From the NCBI GenBank assembly GCA_964016885.1, contig OZ024742.1:108004001-108068000 (forward strand): 64,000 nt of DNA. The letters run 5' to 3'. The translations under genes and the position numbers were made by a program. Below the pieces are notes generated by a model. That model was not told the DNA's origin and did not search any database. It saw nothing but the letters and a program-made list of their open reading frames with translations. Positions 11,632 through 25,020 of this stretch are shown piece by piece. Position 1 is the first letter of the stretch. Each line of letters opens with the position of its first letter. This DNA is from Eledone cirrhosa. Its lineage: Eukaryota.

Positions 11632-14600
11632 GCGCGGGGACATAGAAATATTCGGGCTGGATGCCCGAACGCGCAGTTAAACCACTGGGAGTGAAGAACC
11701 TCTAGCCCTTGTCAGGGCATTCTTCTAGGAGAAGGCATCTCAGGAAACTGGGTTAACTCCGACATAAAACCTGCGGCTCAGTAGTTACCGATGATGTTGA
11801 TCTTTTCTTCTTTTCGGGTTATAGCTACTGTCGCTCAGAGAGTGGGATTGGCTCAGTGCACAGTCTTTCCTCACTTTAAAAACATTCGTCACGCACAGGC
11901 ATTGCACGAGTGCATTAATAATTATTAATAGTGTACTATTATTATTATTATTATTATTACTATTATTATTACTTTTTTTTTTTTTTTTTTCCAATTCAAT
12001 GATGTTCCAGAACAATATAAAAGAGATAATTGGCAATTTAGGTTCTGGAACAAAAAAGATCATTGGCAATAAGGGCTGTGGCCCCAGGTTATCACAGCCT
12101 GGGCCCGCTCGTCATCGTGCCATTGTAATAGAGCCAAACAAGGCATTTAGTCTTGGCTGCTGGAACGTACGGACGCTGCTTGACAGGAATTCCTTGGGGC
12201 GTCCTGAACGAAGGACCGCTCTTGTTGCAAAGGAGCTTCGACGTTACGATCTTGACATCGTGGCTTTATCTGAGACGAGGCTAGCTGGAGATGGTCATCT
12301 TACGGAATTTTGTGGAGAATATACATTCTTCTGGAAAGGAAGAGATGAAGGAACCAGAAGAGAGGCTGGGGTAGGATTTGCTGTTAAGACTGTGCTTGTG
12401 AACAAATTAGAAGAATTCCCAGCAGGGATTAATGAGCATCTTATGTCCATGAGAGTTCCGCTGGACAAGGGAAGATATGCTACCCTGGTGAGTGTGTATG
12501 CTCCAACTATGAGTTCTGTCGATGAGGAAAAGGTGTCATTTTACCATGCCTTGAAAGGTGTTTTAAGAAATATCCCTCAGGCAGACAAAGTCATCGTGCT
12601 TGGTGACTTTAATGCTAGAGTGGGTAGGGATGTTAACACATGGAATGTAATCGGAAGGCATGGGGTCGGAAAGTGTAACAGCAATGGTATGCTCCTGCTG
12701 CAGATGTGTGAGGAGCTGGATCTGTGTGTTACCAACACCATGTTCCAACAAAAGAACAAATTCAAGACCACATGGATGCATCCTGCATCTAAGGAATGGC
12801 ATCTTTTGGACTAGGTCCTAGTCAGGATGCGTGACAGACAGGATGTGCAGTGTGTTCGTGTTCTTCGTGGAGCTGAGTGCTGGACGGACCACCGCCTGGT
12901 ACGCGCAAAAGTGAAACTAATCACTAAACGTAAAATCCGGGCTCCTGGTGTTGCCCTGCCCAAAAGATTGAATGCTGCTCGTCTTAAGGATAAAAATGTG
13001 AAGAGGACATTGGAAGAGGAGATGCAGGCTGCAGATCTTGGTGAGGATTGGCCGACCCTTAAAAAGTCGGTTTATGATGTAGGCAGGCGTGTTCTGGGAT
13101 TGGCGCAGAGGAAACATCAGGACTGGTTTGATGAGAATGATGTACATATAGAAGACTTGTTGGCTGATAAGAGGCGTGCTCTGTCACGCTACTTGACGGA
13201 AAAACCACAGGAGAGGAATACGTTGCATGAGGAACTCAGGGATGTAAAATCACGTGTTAGGCGGAGTCTTTCTCAGATGAAGGATCAGTGGTGGAGTGAG
13301 AAGGCTGGTGAGATACAAACTGCGTCTGATTCCAATAACACAAAGCTGTTGTACAGTCTCTTGCGTGAGGTTTATGGACCGTCTTCTCTGGTGACACCGC
13401 TTCGCAGCAAGGATGGCAAAGAACTTATTCGTGACTCACAAGGAATTCTACGAAGGTGGCGAGAGCACTTTGATGATCTTTTGAATCAGTCGTCTATCGT
13501 CAGTGAAGATTTCCTCAATCTCATTCCAGAAAGTCCTGTGAAAGTAGCTCTCGCAGAACCTCCGACGCTTGTGGAGGTTGCAGTGGCTATTTCGAAGCTG
13601 AACAGTGGAAGATCTCCAGGTATGGATGGCATACATTCTGAGCTCCTACAATATGGTGGTGAGAGACTCCTGCAACATCTTCACTCTTTGTTTGGCAGGA
13701 TATGGGCTAATGAATCCGTACCTGAGGACCGGAAAGATGCAGTAATGGTGGTCTTGTACAAGGGAAAGGGTAACAGGAACGATTGTGGGAACTACAGAGG
13801 TATATCATTGCTTTCTGTCGTAGGGAAAGTTTTATGTAGGGTGCTTCTGGACCGTCTGCTGACACACATTGCAGATTGTGTTCTTCCTGAAAGTCAATCT
13901 GGTTTTCGTGCTGGACGCGGCACGACTGATATGATCTTCTCAGCTAGACAGCTCCAGGAGAAGTGCATGGAACAAGGCTTAGATCTGTATCAGGTTTTTG
14001 TCGATCTGACAAAAGCTTTCGATACCGTTAACAGAGATGCATTATGGAAGGTTCTCCAGAAACTTGGTTGCCCTGATAAGTTCCTTGCTTTAGTTAGGTC
14101 TTTCCATGACGACATGAAGGCTTGTTTAATGTCGGGGGTAACATGTCGGAGCCTATCTCAGTAAAAAATGGAGTGAAACAGGGGGATATTCCAGCACCGA
14201 CCCTGTTTGCCATATACTTTGCAATGGTTTTCTGTATTGCATTCAGGAATTGCGAGCATGGTGTTTACATCCGATATCGAACCTCAGGCAGCATATTTAA
14301 CATCAGGCGCTTTGCTGCGAAGACAAAAGTATTTACATCAATCATAAGAGACCTCTTGTATGCAGATGATTGCGATCTTGTAGCGCACACAGAGAGTGAT
14401 ATGCAGCACATTTTGAATACATTTTCTGACGCTTGCACTGCCCTAGGTCTGACTGTCAGTCTCAAGAAAACCGTCGTCATGTACCAACCTGCCCCTGGTA
14501 AGCAGTACACTGAACCAAACATCTATGTGTATGGCAAACGACTTGGAGTGGTTGATCAGTTTGTCTACCTGGGAAGCACTGTCGATCGATACAGCAACCT

Positions 14601-15737
14601 TGACAGTGAAATCTCACTTAGGATTAGGAAAGCAAGTGATGCTTTCGGAAAGCTAGAAAGGCGACTCTGGGGTCGGCGAGATATATGCAGGAGGACAAAG
14701 GTAAAGGTGTACAGGGCATGTGTGCTCTCTTGTCTTCTTTATGCCTGCGAGACCTGGGTCACATATCGACACCACCTTAAGCAATTGGAGCGTTTCCATC
14801 AGATGTGTCTGAGACGGATCCATGGCGTTCACTGGAGGGACCACATCAGTGATATCGAGATTTTGGAAAGCTCTATGTGTGACAGTACAGAAGCTCTTGT
14901 GCTTAAGCAACGATTCCGTTGGAGTGGTCACCTTGCCAGGATGAAGGCTTCTAGAATACCAAAACAACTCTTTTATGGAGAGTTGGTTAAAGGAAAACGA
15001 CCGCCACATAAACCAAAAAAGAGGTATAAGGATTCCTTGAAAGCCTCTCTGAAAGACGCTAACATCTCTGCTGATACATGGGAGAATATTGCTGCTGATC
15101 GTAATAAATGGAGAAAGACTGTATATGAGGGAAAGGTTGCCTTTGAGGCATCTCGAATCGCATACGAGAAAGTAAAGCGGGATGTGAGGAAGGGCATTGC
15201 TGTTGCACTTCCAGACGGTGAGGGTCCTCCTATGGTGCTGACATGCAGCGTATGTGCGACACTCTGCCTAAGCAAAGCTGGACTCGAAAGTCATCTTCGC
15301 AGTCATAAAGTATGACCAGTGGTTGACTACCAGGCTGCTGTTGGAGATGCTACTCATCATGCTTGCCAAACATGTGGTAGAGAATGTAAATCAGCAGGAG
15401 GGCTCAAGTGACATGCAAAAGTACACGAACTCCAACCACAGCCGACTATTCCCAGTGAATGTTTTGGTTGCCGACTCTGTGCAAGACATTTTAGATCATT
15501 GGCTGGGCTAGAAAGCCACATTCGATCGCAGCGCTGTTAGTTGCTATCGTGTGTGTGTGTGTGTGTGTGTGTAGATATGCTTATGTGCGTGCGTGTGTGT
15601 ATATATATATGTATATGTATATTATTATTGTTGTTGTCGTTATTATTATTGTTGTTATGATTATTATTATTATTATTGTTATTAATGTATGTGTGTGTGT
15701 GTGTGTGAGTGAGTGTGTGTGTGTGTGTATATGTGTA

Positions 15738-15820
<83 letters not shown>

Positions 15821-15950
15821 CTTTTCTTTTTTTTTTAAAATCCTTATTTTCTTTTTATTTATTTATTATTATTATTTTTTTTTCTTTCTCCTCGTGCAAT
15901 GGCCATACTCGATAACGAGGGGGCGGCCATCATGTATGTATGTATGTATG
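11632..15950 (+). mobile_element. Near full-length RTE-clade LINE with (TATG)n tail
   Basis: 5' UTR, single APE-RT reading frame, microsatellite-rich 3' UTR, terminal CTCG-ATAA-CGAG stem-loop and ATGT repeats. The 5' boundary is approximate. Confidence 0.92.
11999..15540 (+). pseudogene. RTE ORF: apurinic endonuclease, reverse transcriptase and three C2H2 zinc fingers; disrupted by three stops and one frameshift
   Basis: GCWNVRTL, LSETRL, LGDFNARVG, TDHRLV, YRGISLLS, QSGFR, FVDLTKAFD, GVKQGD, LYADD. TAG at 12812, frameshift near 14125, TGA at 15313 and 15409, final TAG at 15538. True start codon uncertain. Confidence 0.92.
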
Positions 15951-16557
15951 TCATGTCACCAGTTGGTGTTACTGGTAACATGTATCCCAGCACAACCTGT
16001 CTCATGGTCGGGTCGTAGGCGACTAAACTGGCAACCCCACCAACGTTTCTTGGTGAGGAGGGTGACTTTGGACATCCTGCAGGACTAAAAACAAAACCTG
16101 TCAAAAGGCAAAGGAGCTCTTAAGCGTCAATGGCCATCCAAAATCACCGGGAGAGATGACCCCTTAGCCTTTGTCAAGGCAGAATTCTATGAGAAGGAAA
16201 ACTCTGATAAAATACCTGCAACTCTGATGGTATCCAATGATGTTGACTTGTTCTTCTTTTTGGTAAATATCATCTTGGTTAAGAGAGTGGGACTGGCTTT
16301 GTGCAGTGCCTTTGCTCACTATAAAAGCTTCACAGCACAGGCATTTCTTTATATCTGGAGATCTTTCTGCACTTGTCATCACATGGTACCATGGGCCCAG
16401 CACTATGTGTCAATAATTGTCACAAGTGTAGTGTTTGTAACAGAGTTTTCAAGTCGCTGGCTGGACTAAAAAGTCACACTTGTTCAGCGCATCGGTAGGG
16501 TTCTCCTACATGGATATAAAGTAGTGGCCGTACTCGAAAACGAGTTGGCAGCCACCA
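15951..16557 (+). mobile_element. Longest copy of bipartite RTE family 1
   Basis: Extends about 215 bp further 5' than other copies and includes GTCGTAGGCGACTAA; sits directly in the RTE (TATG)n tail. Confidence 0.85.
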
Positions 16558-17351
16558 TGTATGTATGCATGTATGCACGTATAGATTGCACGTATAGATA
16601 TACATTATCAGTTCAGTCAATTATAGATTTTCATGAAATTTTATGGTGCAAAATACAAAACCTCATTATTATTTATATTATAAAGAAATGATTATTATAT
16701 TTAAATAAATACATAAAAATGATGAATATTCATATTTCTCTGCACCTCTTTGTAACATTATCATTAAAATTTTCATGATGGACATCATACTATCATCAAC
16801 ACCTTCATCAACAATAAACTTCACTAGTTTCACTTTAGATAAAGAGCTTGCGATAAATCACCAGCACTTGATTTAACAAGTGAACATATGTTAACCATTT
16901 AGCACGCATTATTTCAGTTAGGGCGGTGGATTGGCAGTACCGGTAGAGAGTCGGACGCCATGCTTTCCAGCATAGTTACGTCCCTTTACAGTCTGAGTTC
17001 AAATCCTGCCGATGTTGACTTTGCCTTTCATCCTTACGGGGTCGATAAACCACAGCCGACTATTCCCAGTGAATGTTTTGGTTGCCGACTCTGTGCAAGA
17101 CATTTTAGATCATTGGCTGGGCTAGAAAGCCACATTCGATCGCAGCGCTGTTAGTTGCTATCGTGTGTGTGTGTGTGTGTGTGTGTAGATATGCTTATGT
17201 GCGTGCGTGTGTGTATATATATATGTATATGTATATTATTATTGTTGTTGTCGTTATTATTATTGTTGTTATGATTATTATTATTATTATTGTTATTAAT
17301 GTATGTGTGTGTGTGTGTGTGAGTGAGTGTGTGTGTGTGTGTATATGTGTA

Positions 17352-17418
<67 letters not shown>

Positions 17419-17548
17419 CTTTTCTTTTTTTTTTTAAATCCTTATTTTCTTTTTATTTATTTATTATTATTATTTTTTTTTCTTTCTCCTCGTGCAATGG
17501 CCATACTCGATAACGAGGGGGCGGCCATCATGTATGTATGTATGTATG

Positions 17549-18155
17549 TCATGTCACCAGTTGGTGTTACTGGTAACATGTATCCCAGCACAACCTGTCT
17601 CATGGTCGGGTCGTAGGCGACTAAACTGGCAACCCCACCAACGTTTCTTGGTGAGGAGGGTGACTTTGGACATCCTGCAGGACTAAAAACAAAACCTGTC
17701 AAAAGGCAAAGGAGCTCTTAAGCGTCAATGGCCATCCAAAATCACCGGGAGAGATGACCCCTTAGCCTTTGTCAAGGCAGAATTCTATGAGAAGGAAAAC
17801 TCTGATAAAATACCTGCAACTCTGATGGTATCCAATGATGTTGACTTGTTCTTCTTTTTGGTAAATATCATCTTGGTTAAGAGAGTGGGACTGGCTTTGT
17901 GCAGTGCCTTTGCTCACTATAAAAGCTTCACAGCACAGGCATTTCTTTATATCTGGAGATCTTTCTGCACTTGTCATCACATGGTACCATGGGCCCAGCA
18001 CTATGTGTCAATAATTGTCACAAGTGTAGTGTTTGTAACAGAGTTTTCAAGTCGCTGGCTGGACTAAAAAGTCACACTTGTTCAGCGCATCGGTAGGGTT
18101 CTCCTACATGGATATAAAGTAGTGGCCGTACTCGAAAACGAGTTGGCAGCCACCA
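17549..18155 (+). mobile_element. Duplicate of 15951-16557
   Basis: Part of the tandem duplication. Confidence 0.85.
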
Positions 18156-18518
18156 TGTATGTATGCATGTATGCACGTATAGATTGCACGTATAGATATA
18201 CATTATCAGTTCAGTCAATTATAGATTTTCATGAAATTTTATGGTGCAAAATACAAAACCTCATTATTATTTATATTATAAAGAAATGATTATTATATTT
18301 AAATAAATACATAAAAATGATGAATATTCATATTTCTCTGCACCTCTTTGTAACATTATCATTAAAATTTTCATGATGGACATCATACTATCATCAACAC
18401 CTTCATCAACAATAAACTTCACTAGTTTCACTTTAGATAAAGAGCTTGCGATAAATCACCAGCACTTGATTTAACAAGTGAACATATGTTAACCATTTAG
18501 CACGCATTATTTCAGTTA

Positions 18519-18709
18519 GGGCGGTGGATTGGCAGTACCGGTAGAGAGTCGGACGCCATGCTTTCCAGCATAGTTACGTCCCTTTACAGTCTGAGTTCAA
18601 ATCCTGCCGATGTTGACTTTGCCTTTCATCCTTACGGGGTCGATAAAATAAAGTACCAGTAATGCACTGGGTATTTGCTGGCCTTGTGCCTAAAGTAGAA
18701 ACAATTATT
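18519..18709 (+). mobile_element. tRNA-derived SINE with a Meta/Sauria-like central domain; the most abundant family here
   Basis: Head TGGATTGGCAG...GAGTTCAAATCC (A/B boxes), core GCCTTTCATCCTTACGGGGTCGATAAAATAAAGTACCAG, ATT-type tail. Other copies near 16920, 19935, 20941, 21052, 23681, 24800, 25750, 42574, 48295 and 60425. Confidence 0.85.
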
Positions 18710-18909
18710 TCAGTTAGGGGGACACGTGCCTTAGTGTATGCCATGTTCACCTTACGATCCTAAGACCGCGAGTTCGATTCCATTCGGTGCGTTGGGTCCT
18801 TGAGCAAAATATCTTACTTCACGTTGTTCCAGTTTACTCAACTGGTAAAACATAGTTGTTGTTGTTGTTGGTCTTCTTCTTCTTCTTCTTCTTCTTCTTC
18901 TTCGTCCAC

Positions 18910-19135
18910 TTATTTCTGAGAGGGTCGTGGGGGCAGAGTCCTCAAACACTTCCCCAAGCAGTTCCTGTCAGAAGCAACCGTCTCCTACTGTTCCGGCTCG
19001 ATGCTCAAGCTCATGGATGTTATTCAACCATCCTGCTTGGCGTCTACTCTGGGTCTCTTGCCGATTGGTTTGGCTCGTAAAATCTGTCCAGCGATTCTTT
19101 TCTGAGACATTCTAGCCACACACCCATGAATCTTG
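18910..19135 (-). mobile_element. Old RTE LINE 3' fragment with (GAA)n tail
   Basis: Minus strand reads CVARMSQKRIAGQILRAKPIGKRPR; an (AAG)n/(AAC)n tract follows the 3' end. Confidence 0.65.
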
Positions 19136-20483
19136 GGAAAAAAGATAGTTGTTGCTGTAAATCTGTGTGAGACATTATCACACACTGAGCCACCCTGAAT
19201 CTCCACGAGATCTACGTAAAGAATACGCATGTTTATAGAATGCTTTGCCACTTGCATGTTAATTTTACAGGCAGGCAGTTCTGTTGTTCGAGCAACTGGA
19301 ACAATCGTCGTTGGAACCGACGGAGGTCCCACAGATATAATAATTAGGATGGCGAATTGGCAAAGTCGTTAAAATTTAATAAGAATGCTTTGTTATATTT
19401 GTACCAGCTCACTCGCTTTGAGTTCAAATCTCGCTGGGGTCCATCTTGTCATGGTCGATAAAAAAAAATTACCAGTTCTATACTGGGGACGTATTTTCAG
19501 CTATCTATTTCTCACTTCTCCCCACCCTGTCTGAGAAATCGGCTGGAGAGTGTTGTGTTCCGTCAGGCTTAAAATGCCAAAAACACAGTGTATATAACTA
19601 TAACTATAAGAAGTTACGTAGTCTTACATCATGGTGTGTAATTTAGGCACAAGGCCAACAATTTTGGGGACGTGCAAAGTCGATCAAATGCACAACTTTT
19701 CAATGGCGTCCGATATATTTTAACGTTTAAATCAATATCTGAATATAGAATTAATTCTCTTTATAAAATATGCATTAATCCTCTCGTTACCATATTTCTG
19801 ATAAAAGACACTGCCTATAATTTTCAAATAATTTTGAAAATAATCAACAATTTGGAGGAACTTAGTAATATAGTTATTTTTTTTACTATTTAGCTTGTGT
19901 TAGGAACATAACTTACTGAATGTTATTATGAATTGGTAGAGGATCGGACGCCATGCTTTGCAGCACAGAGTTACGGCCCTTTATGATCTGAGTTCAAATC
20001 CCGCTGAGGTTAACTTTGCCTTTTATCCTTACGGGGTCGATAAAATAAAGTACCAGTAATGTACTGGGATAATTGCTGGCCTTGTGCCAAAAGTAGAAAC
20101 AATTATATAAAATAATGATGAAATGTCTTTAGATAAATATAAACACTTTAAAACATATTTTTTTCATTCGTTCCGTAACTCCTAATGGAGTCATTGGTCG
20201 CTGTATACGGTGTATACGGCTTTTCTTGGACATTTTAAGCTTTGGCGGAACCCAACTCACTCCAGGTCTGAAACTCTCATTATCATATGTCTAATATGTT
20301 TTTCTTGGTTCAGGCAGACTGCAGCCATGCTCCACCCTGGTTTAGTCGATCTTACCCAATACTTATTTTTTCACAGGCATACACACACGCAGGCACACAC
20401 ACGCACACGCACGTACACACACGCACAATTATATATGTGTGTGTACATATATATATATATATATATACATACATACACACACA

Positions 20484-20560
<77 letters not shown>

Positions 20561-21570
20561 GACGTCAACCCACGGCTAGAGTTGAAGATACTTGCCCAAG
20601 CTGCTACTCAGTGGCACTAAACCCATAACCAATTGTTTGCGAAGCGAGCACTTTAAACATTCAGCCATGTCTTCACCCATACTTCTTAAACGATTATACC
20701 AAGTATTATTTGTGGGATTTAGTAATATTACTAACTTTCTTACTATTAAACTAGTGTTTGAAATACAACTTAACAAAAGTTTATACATAAAGTTATGACG
20801 AAATGTTTTTAGATAAATATAAACATTTAACTCATTAACATGTTTCTAATGAAAACCATTCCCTATAATTTTCAAATAATTTTGTAAATAATCCGGAATA
20901 TTCAAAGATTTAGTAACATAACAAACGTTCTCATTATTTAGGCAGTATCGGTAGAGGATCGGACGCCATGCTTTACAGCATAGAGTTACATCCCTTTACG
21001 TTCTAAGTTCAAATCCCGCCGAATGTGCCAAAAGTAGAAACAATTATTAAGAGCGGTGCATTGGCAGTATCGGTAGAGCGTCAGACAACATGCTTTGTGA
21101 CATAGACCTACGGCCTTTTCGCTGTGAGTTCAAGTGTGGCGGTCGTTAGCTTTACTTTCCATTCTTATGGGAGAGCGGGGGGGGGGGGGGGTGTCGATAA
21201 AATAAAGTACCAGTAACGCACTGAGGTCGATTTAATCGACTTTCCCCCTTTCACATCAAATTGCTGGCCTTGTGCCGAATGTAGAAATAATTATTTAACA
21301 GGTGTTCGAAACATGAGATTGTATTTGTATCATAGAACCAGAAGTAGTTTGATATGAAAAGGGGTTTACTATAAATGCTGATCGAGACAAGGAAATTATA
21401 ACTTCAGCCTCAATCCAACACCATCATGTCAATGATTTTTGACAGCAAATATAATGGTTTCTAACCAAGAATTACGCAATCAAGCTATTAAGTTTGTTTT
21501 AATGATTAAATCAATATATGCACGAATTATTTTACATATACACTCATACATGTCCCCCCCTCTCTCTCCC

Positions 21571-21636
<66 letters not shown>

Positions 21637-21779
21637 CATGTATATATATATATATATATACATGTATATATATACATATATATACATGTATATATATACA
21701 TATATATACATGTATATATATACATATATATATATACATGTATATATATACATATATATATATACATGTATATATATAC

Positions 21780-21840
<61 letters not shown>

Positions 21841-21847
<7 letters not shown>

Positions 21848-22264
21848 AAGTTAAATAAAAGTCAAATGATTAAAATTTAGCTTCGTTTATTACTGCTATA
21901 TATATTTCAGTGACAGCCATCTTTGGCTGTGACCTCTTCAGGCAGTTTGAATTAGTATGGTATAGACAAGTACATATGTTGTTTAGGTGTATGATATTGT
22001 CAATACTCTGATATGCCCAGTTCCTTGTTGGGTTGTTAATTCACTGGGGAACTGGAGTCAGTTAATTAACAACCCAACAAGGAACTGGGCATATCAGAGT
22101 ATTGACAATATCATACACCTAAACAACATATGTACTTGTCTATACCATACTAATTCAAACTGCCTGAAGAGGTCACAGCCAAAGATGGCTGTCACTGAAA
22201 TATATATAGCAGTAATAAACGAAGCTAAATTTTAATCATTTGACTTTTATTTAACTTTATTTTA
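21841..22264. mobile_element. Penelope-like fold-back element: 201-bp inverted arms, 22-bp loop, in (TA)n
   Basis: 21841-22041 is the reverse complement of 22064-22264; each arm carries a hammerhead motif. Confidence 0.9.
22159..22213 (+). ncRNA. Minimal type I hammerhead ribozyme (mirror copy on minus strand at 21892-21946)
   Basis: ACTGC-CTGAAGA-[GGTCACAGCC aaagat GGCTGTCACT]-GAAA-TATATA-TA^GCAGT. Confidence 0.8.
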
Positions 22265-22385
22265 CACTACTCCGGAGTAACCAAACCAACCTGCGCACTT
22301 CGTCGAGTGCTCCAGCCTGCATACTGAGGTGTTGGTATACAACCAACATAAACTCAAAATCTATATATATATATATATATATATA

Positions 22386-22597
22386 GGAGAAAGTATGACC
22401 CCGACGGCAGACCTCAATCCGTTTCGACAGCTATTTCTGGACTGAAATAGTCCAGAAATAGCCAAATAGCCGTCGAAACGGCTTGAGCTCTGCCGTCGGG
22501 GTCATACTTTCTCCTATTACCCACTCTACTACCCTAAGTATTGAGTACTCTGGTGCGTTATGGTCAATCTGGTTCCTTACCACAACTCCTCCGTTAT
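22386..22597. mobile_element. Penelope-like terminus with about 58-bp inverted arms and the 3' half of a hammerhead
   Basis: GAAA-CGG cttgagctctg CCG-TC^GGGGTC; (TA)n flanks; related copy at 56279-56360. Confidence 0.7.
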
Positions 22598-22647
22598 ATT
22601 TATATATATAAAATATATATATATATATATAAATATATATATATATA

Positions 22648-22706
<59 letters not shown>

Positions 22707-22732
22707 GCACATACGCCCCTCACACATATATT

Positions 22733-22771
<39 letters not shown>

Positions 22772-25020
22772 ATGTTTACTAATCCGCACATATATATGCA
22801 CTTACATATTCCTGTACACCCTGAGATAATTTAATGAGAAAATAGTATAATTATGTGACAATATTTATTACTCAGGGAATTACGATAATCTAAATTACTT
22901 TGTAATCATCAAATATATCTCATAAAATTGTCGACGTTATTAACATTGAAGTAACAATTAACCAAAACAACCAGAAAGCCGTTGATATTCAGCAATAGAA
23001 AATTAAAAGAAAACAAAACATAAAACAATATAGAATGAAGTTACACCGAGGTATCGAACTCCTTGGTTCATATCCCGCTGTCGATGTAGACTTTAACCAT
23101 CGATTTTCAACAACTGGCGAGTGGACGTCTCCACATGATAGCCACTGAAAAGTCATATAATCCATGGACTTCGTGTTTTGTTTCTATGGAAACGTAAGCT
23201 TCAAGTGTCAATGAATTCCCTAGGGAAGTTATAATATTTGTTTAATAACGAATACTCTTAGTTAGGTGAAGGCGTGAGATGTAGTAGTTAACGATGTTGG
23301 ACTTACGGTTGTAACGTCTTTTGTTCGATTCCTGAACCGTAAGGTGCGTTGTATTCTTGAGAAAAAGGTTTGGTTACATGTTGCTTTTCGTGTTAGAATT
23401 GTCGACACTATCTTTAAAACACACGGGGCACTTATGATATATAACCCCATGGAGAACCAGCTAAAACTGCTTAAGTATGAACGGTAACATCATTAAAACA
23501 CCAGATAAACTACTTCATATGACACGCCTCTTCGTGTAAGGACAAGCTAAACCTATATAGTTGGAGCTGTGACAAATAACAACACAATACGAGTTGGATG
23601 GGGCTCCTATCATTAAAACACGTGAGAAACGTTTTATGAAAGATAACATAGGTAAATTTCATTATCATTATCCCTGTAGACCGCCGAGGTTAACGTTGCC
23701 TTTCATCCTTACGGGGTGGATAAAATAAAGTACCAGTAATGTACTGGGTAATTGCTGGCCTTGTGCCAAAAAGTAGAAACAATTATCATTATCCCTGTAG
23801 ACAATATGTCCTAGGCTTTTAGAAATGTGTAGTGATATTATTTGTTCATGTACATGGCTCCCAAGGTCATCGATGTAGACACGTCGAAGTGGTTAATGAC
23901 TTCGCTTGGCAGTCATGAGGTTTCGAGTTCGATCCTACTGGCTGTAATCTGGGTCAAGCATCTTTGTCATAGATTCAGTTTGACCGAAGTTTTATGACTG
24001 ATACTTAGTAAAGGAAAACTGTACGGAAACCTCATCGCATAGATTGTACATATTTTGAGTCGTTATGGTTTTTTGGTGATGATGTTGCTTTAATTGATGA
24101 TGATGATGTAAATTGATGATGTTAAAATCCTCCTTTAATTGCTGTTAATAACAAATAAGTTGTTGTTTTTATTATTTCCCATCAGAGCTGCCAATTTACA
24201 CGGCTATCATTTTAATGAGAATAAATAATTGATATTGTTCCTTCATTTCATATTATCCTCTCCTCGTATATAGTTATACTTTCCTCGTATTAATAATCAT
24301 TTCAATTATTTGCTTCCATATATTTGTTTCATCATTCTATTACTGCATATTCCGCAAGTACATTTATAAACATACCCACCCCATATACATGTATGTATGT
24401 ATGTATGTATGTATGTATGTATGTATGTATGTATGTATGTATGTATGTATGTATGTATGTATGTATGTATGTATGTACGCACGTATGTATATATGTACCA
24501 ATGTATGTATAGATGCACGAATGTATGTATGTATGTATGTATGTATTTATGTATGTATGTATATATATGCATCTATGTATGTATATATGCACGAACGTAT
24601 ATATATATGTATGTATGTATGTAGCGCTGTCTTTCAATATTAGCACAATCACGCAATAATTGCAATTATTGTTATTGAAACAAATTTATCGTTAAAATTG
24701 AAAAGAGCTCATTTTTGTATACTTATTGATTTTTATTAGACATTTTACGTAGAATTCCTCCCGTTTTCTTTCTCTCGCTCTCTTTCTAATAATAATAATA
24801 ATTGTTTCTACTTTAGGCACAAGACCAGCAATTTGAAGGTGAGGAGAAAGTCGATTAAATCGACCCATTGCATTACTGGTGCTTTATTTTATTGACTCCG
24901 TAAGGATGAAAAGCGAAGCCTTACCTCGGCGGGATTTGAAATCAGAACGCAAAGGGCCGTAACTCTATTTTGAGAAATATATTGTCCGACGCTCTACAGA
25001 TACTGCCAACCCACCGTCCT

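Larger units (their letters stand above)
15434..18647 (+). repeat. Tandem duplication of about 1.6 kb (15434-17047 and 17048-18647)
   Basis: Units look identical apart from (TA)n and poly-T lengths; the junction fuses a SINE (GTCGATAA) to the RTE 3' region (AACCACAGCCGAC). Confidence 0.93.

Noticed and set aside
15951-16035. Possible HDV-like ribozyme at the 5' end of RTE family 1 (GTCG-TAGG-CGAC-TAA)
   Set aside because: P3, P4 and CUAA-like parts are visible, but I could not build a convincing P1/P2 double pseudoknot.
18519-18610. tRNA gene
   Set aside because: A/B boxes are present but there is no cloverleaf, and it is followed by a SINE body in many copies.
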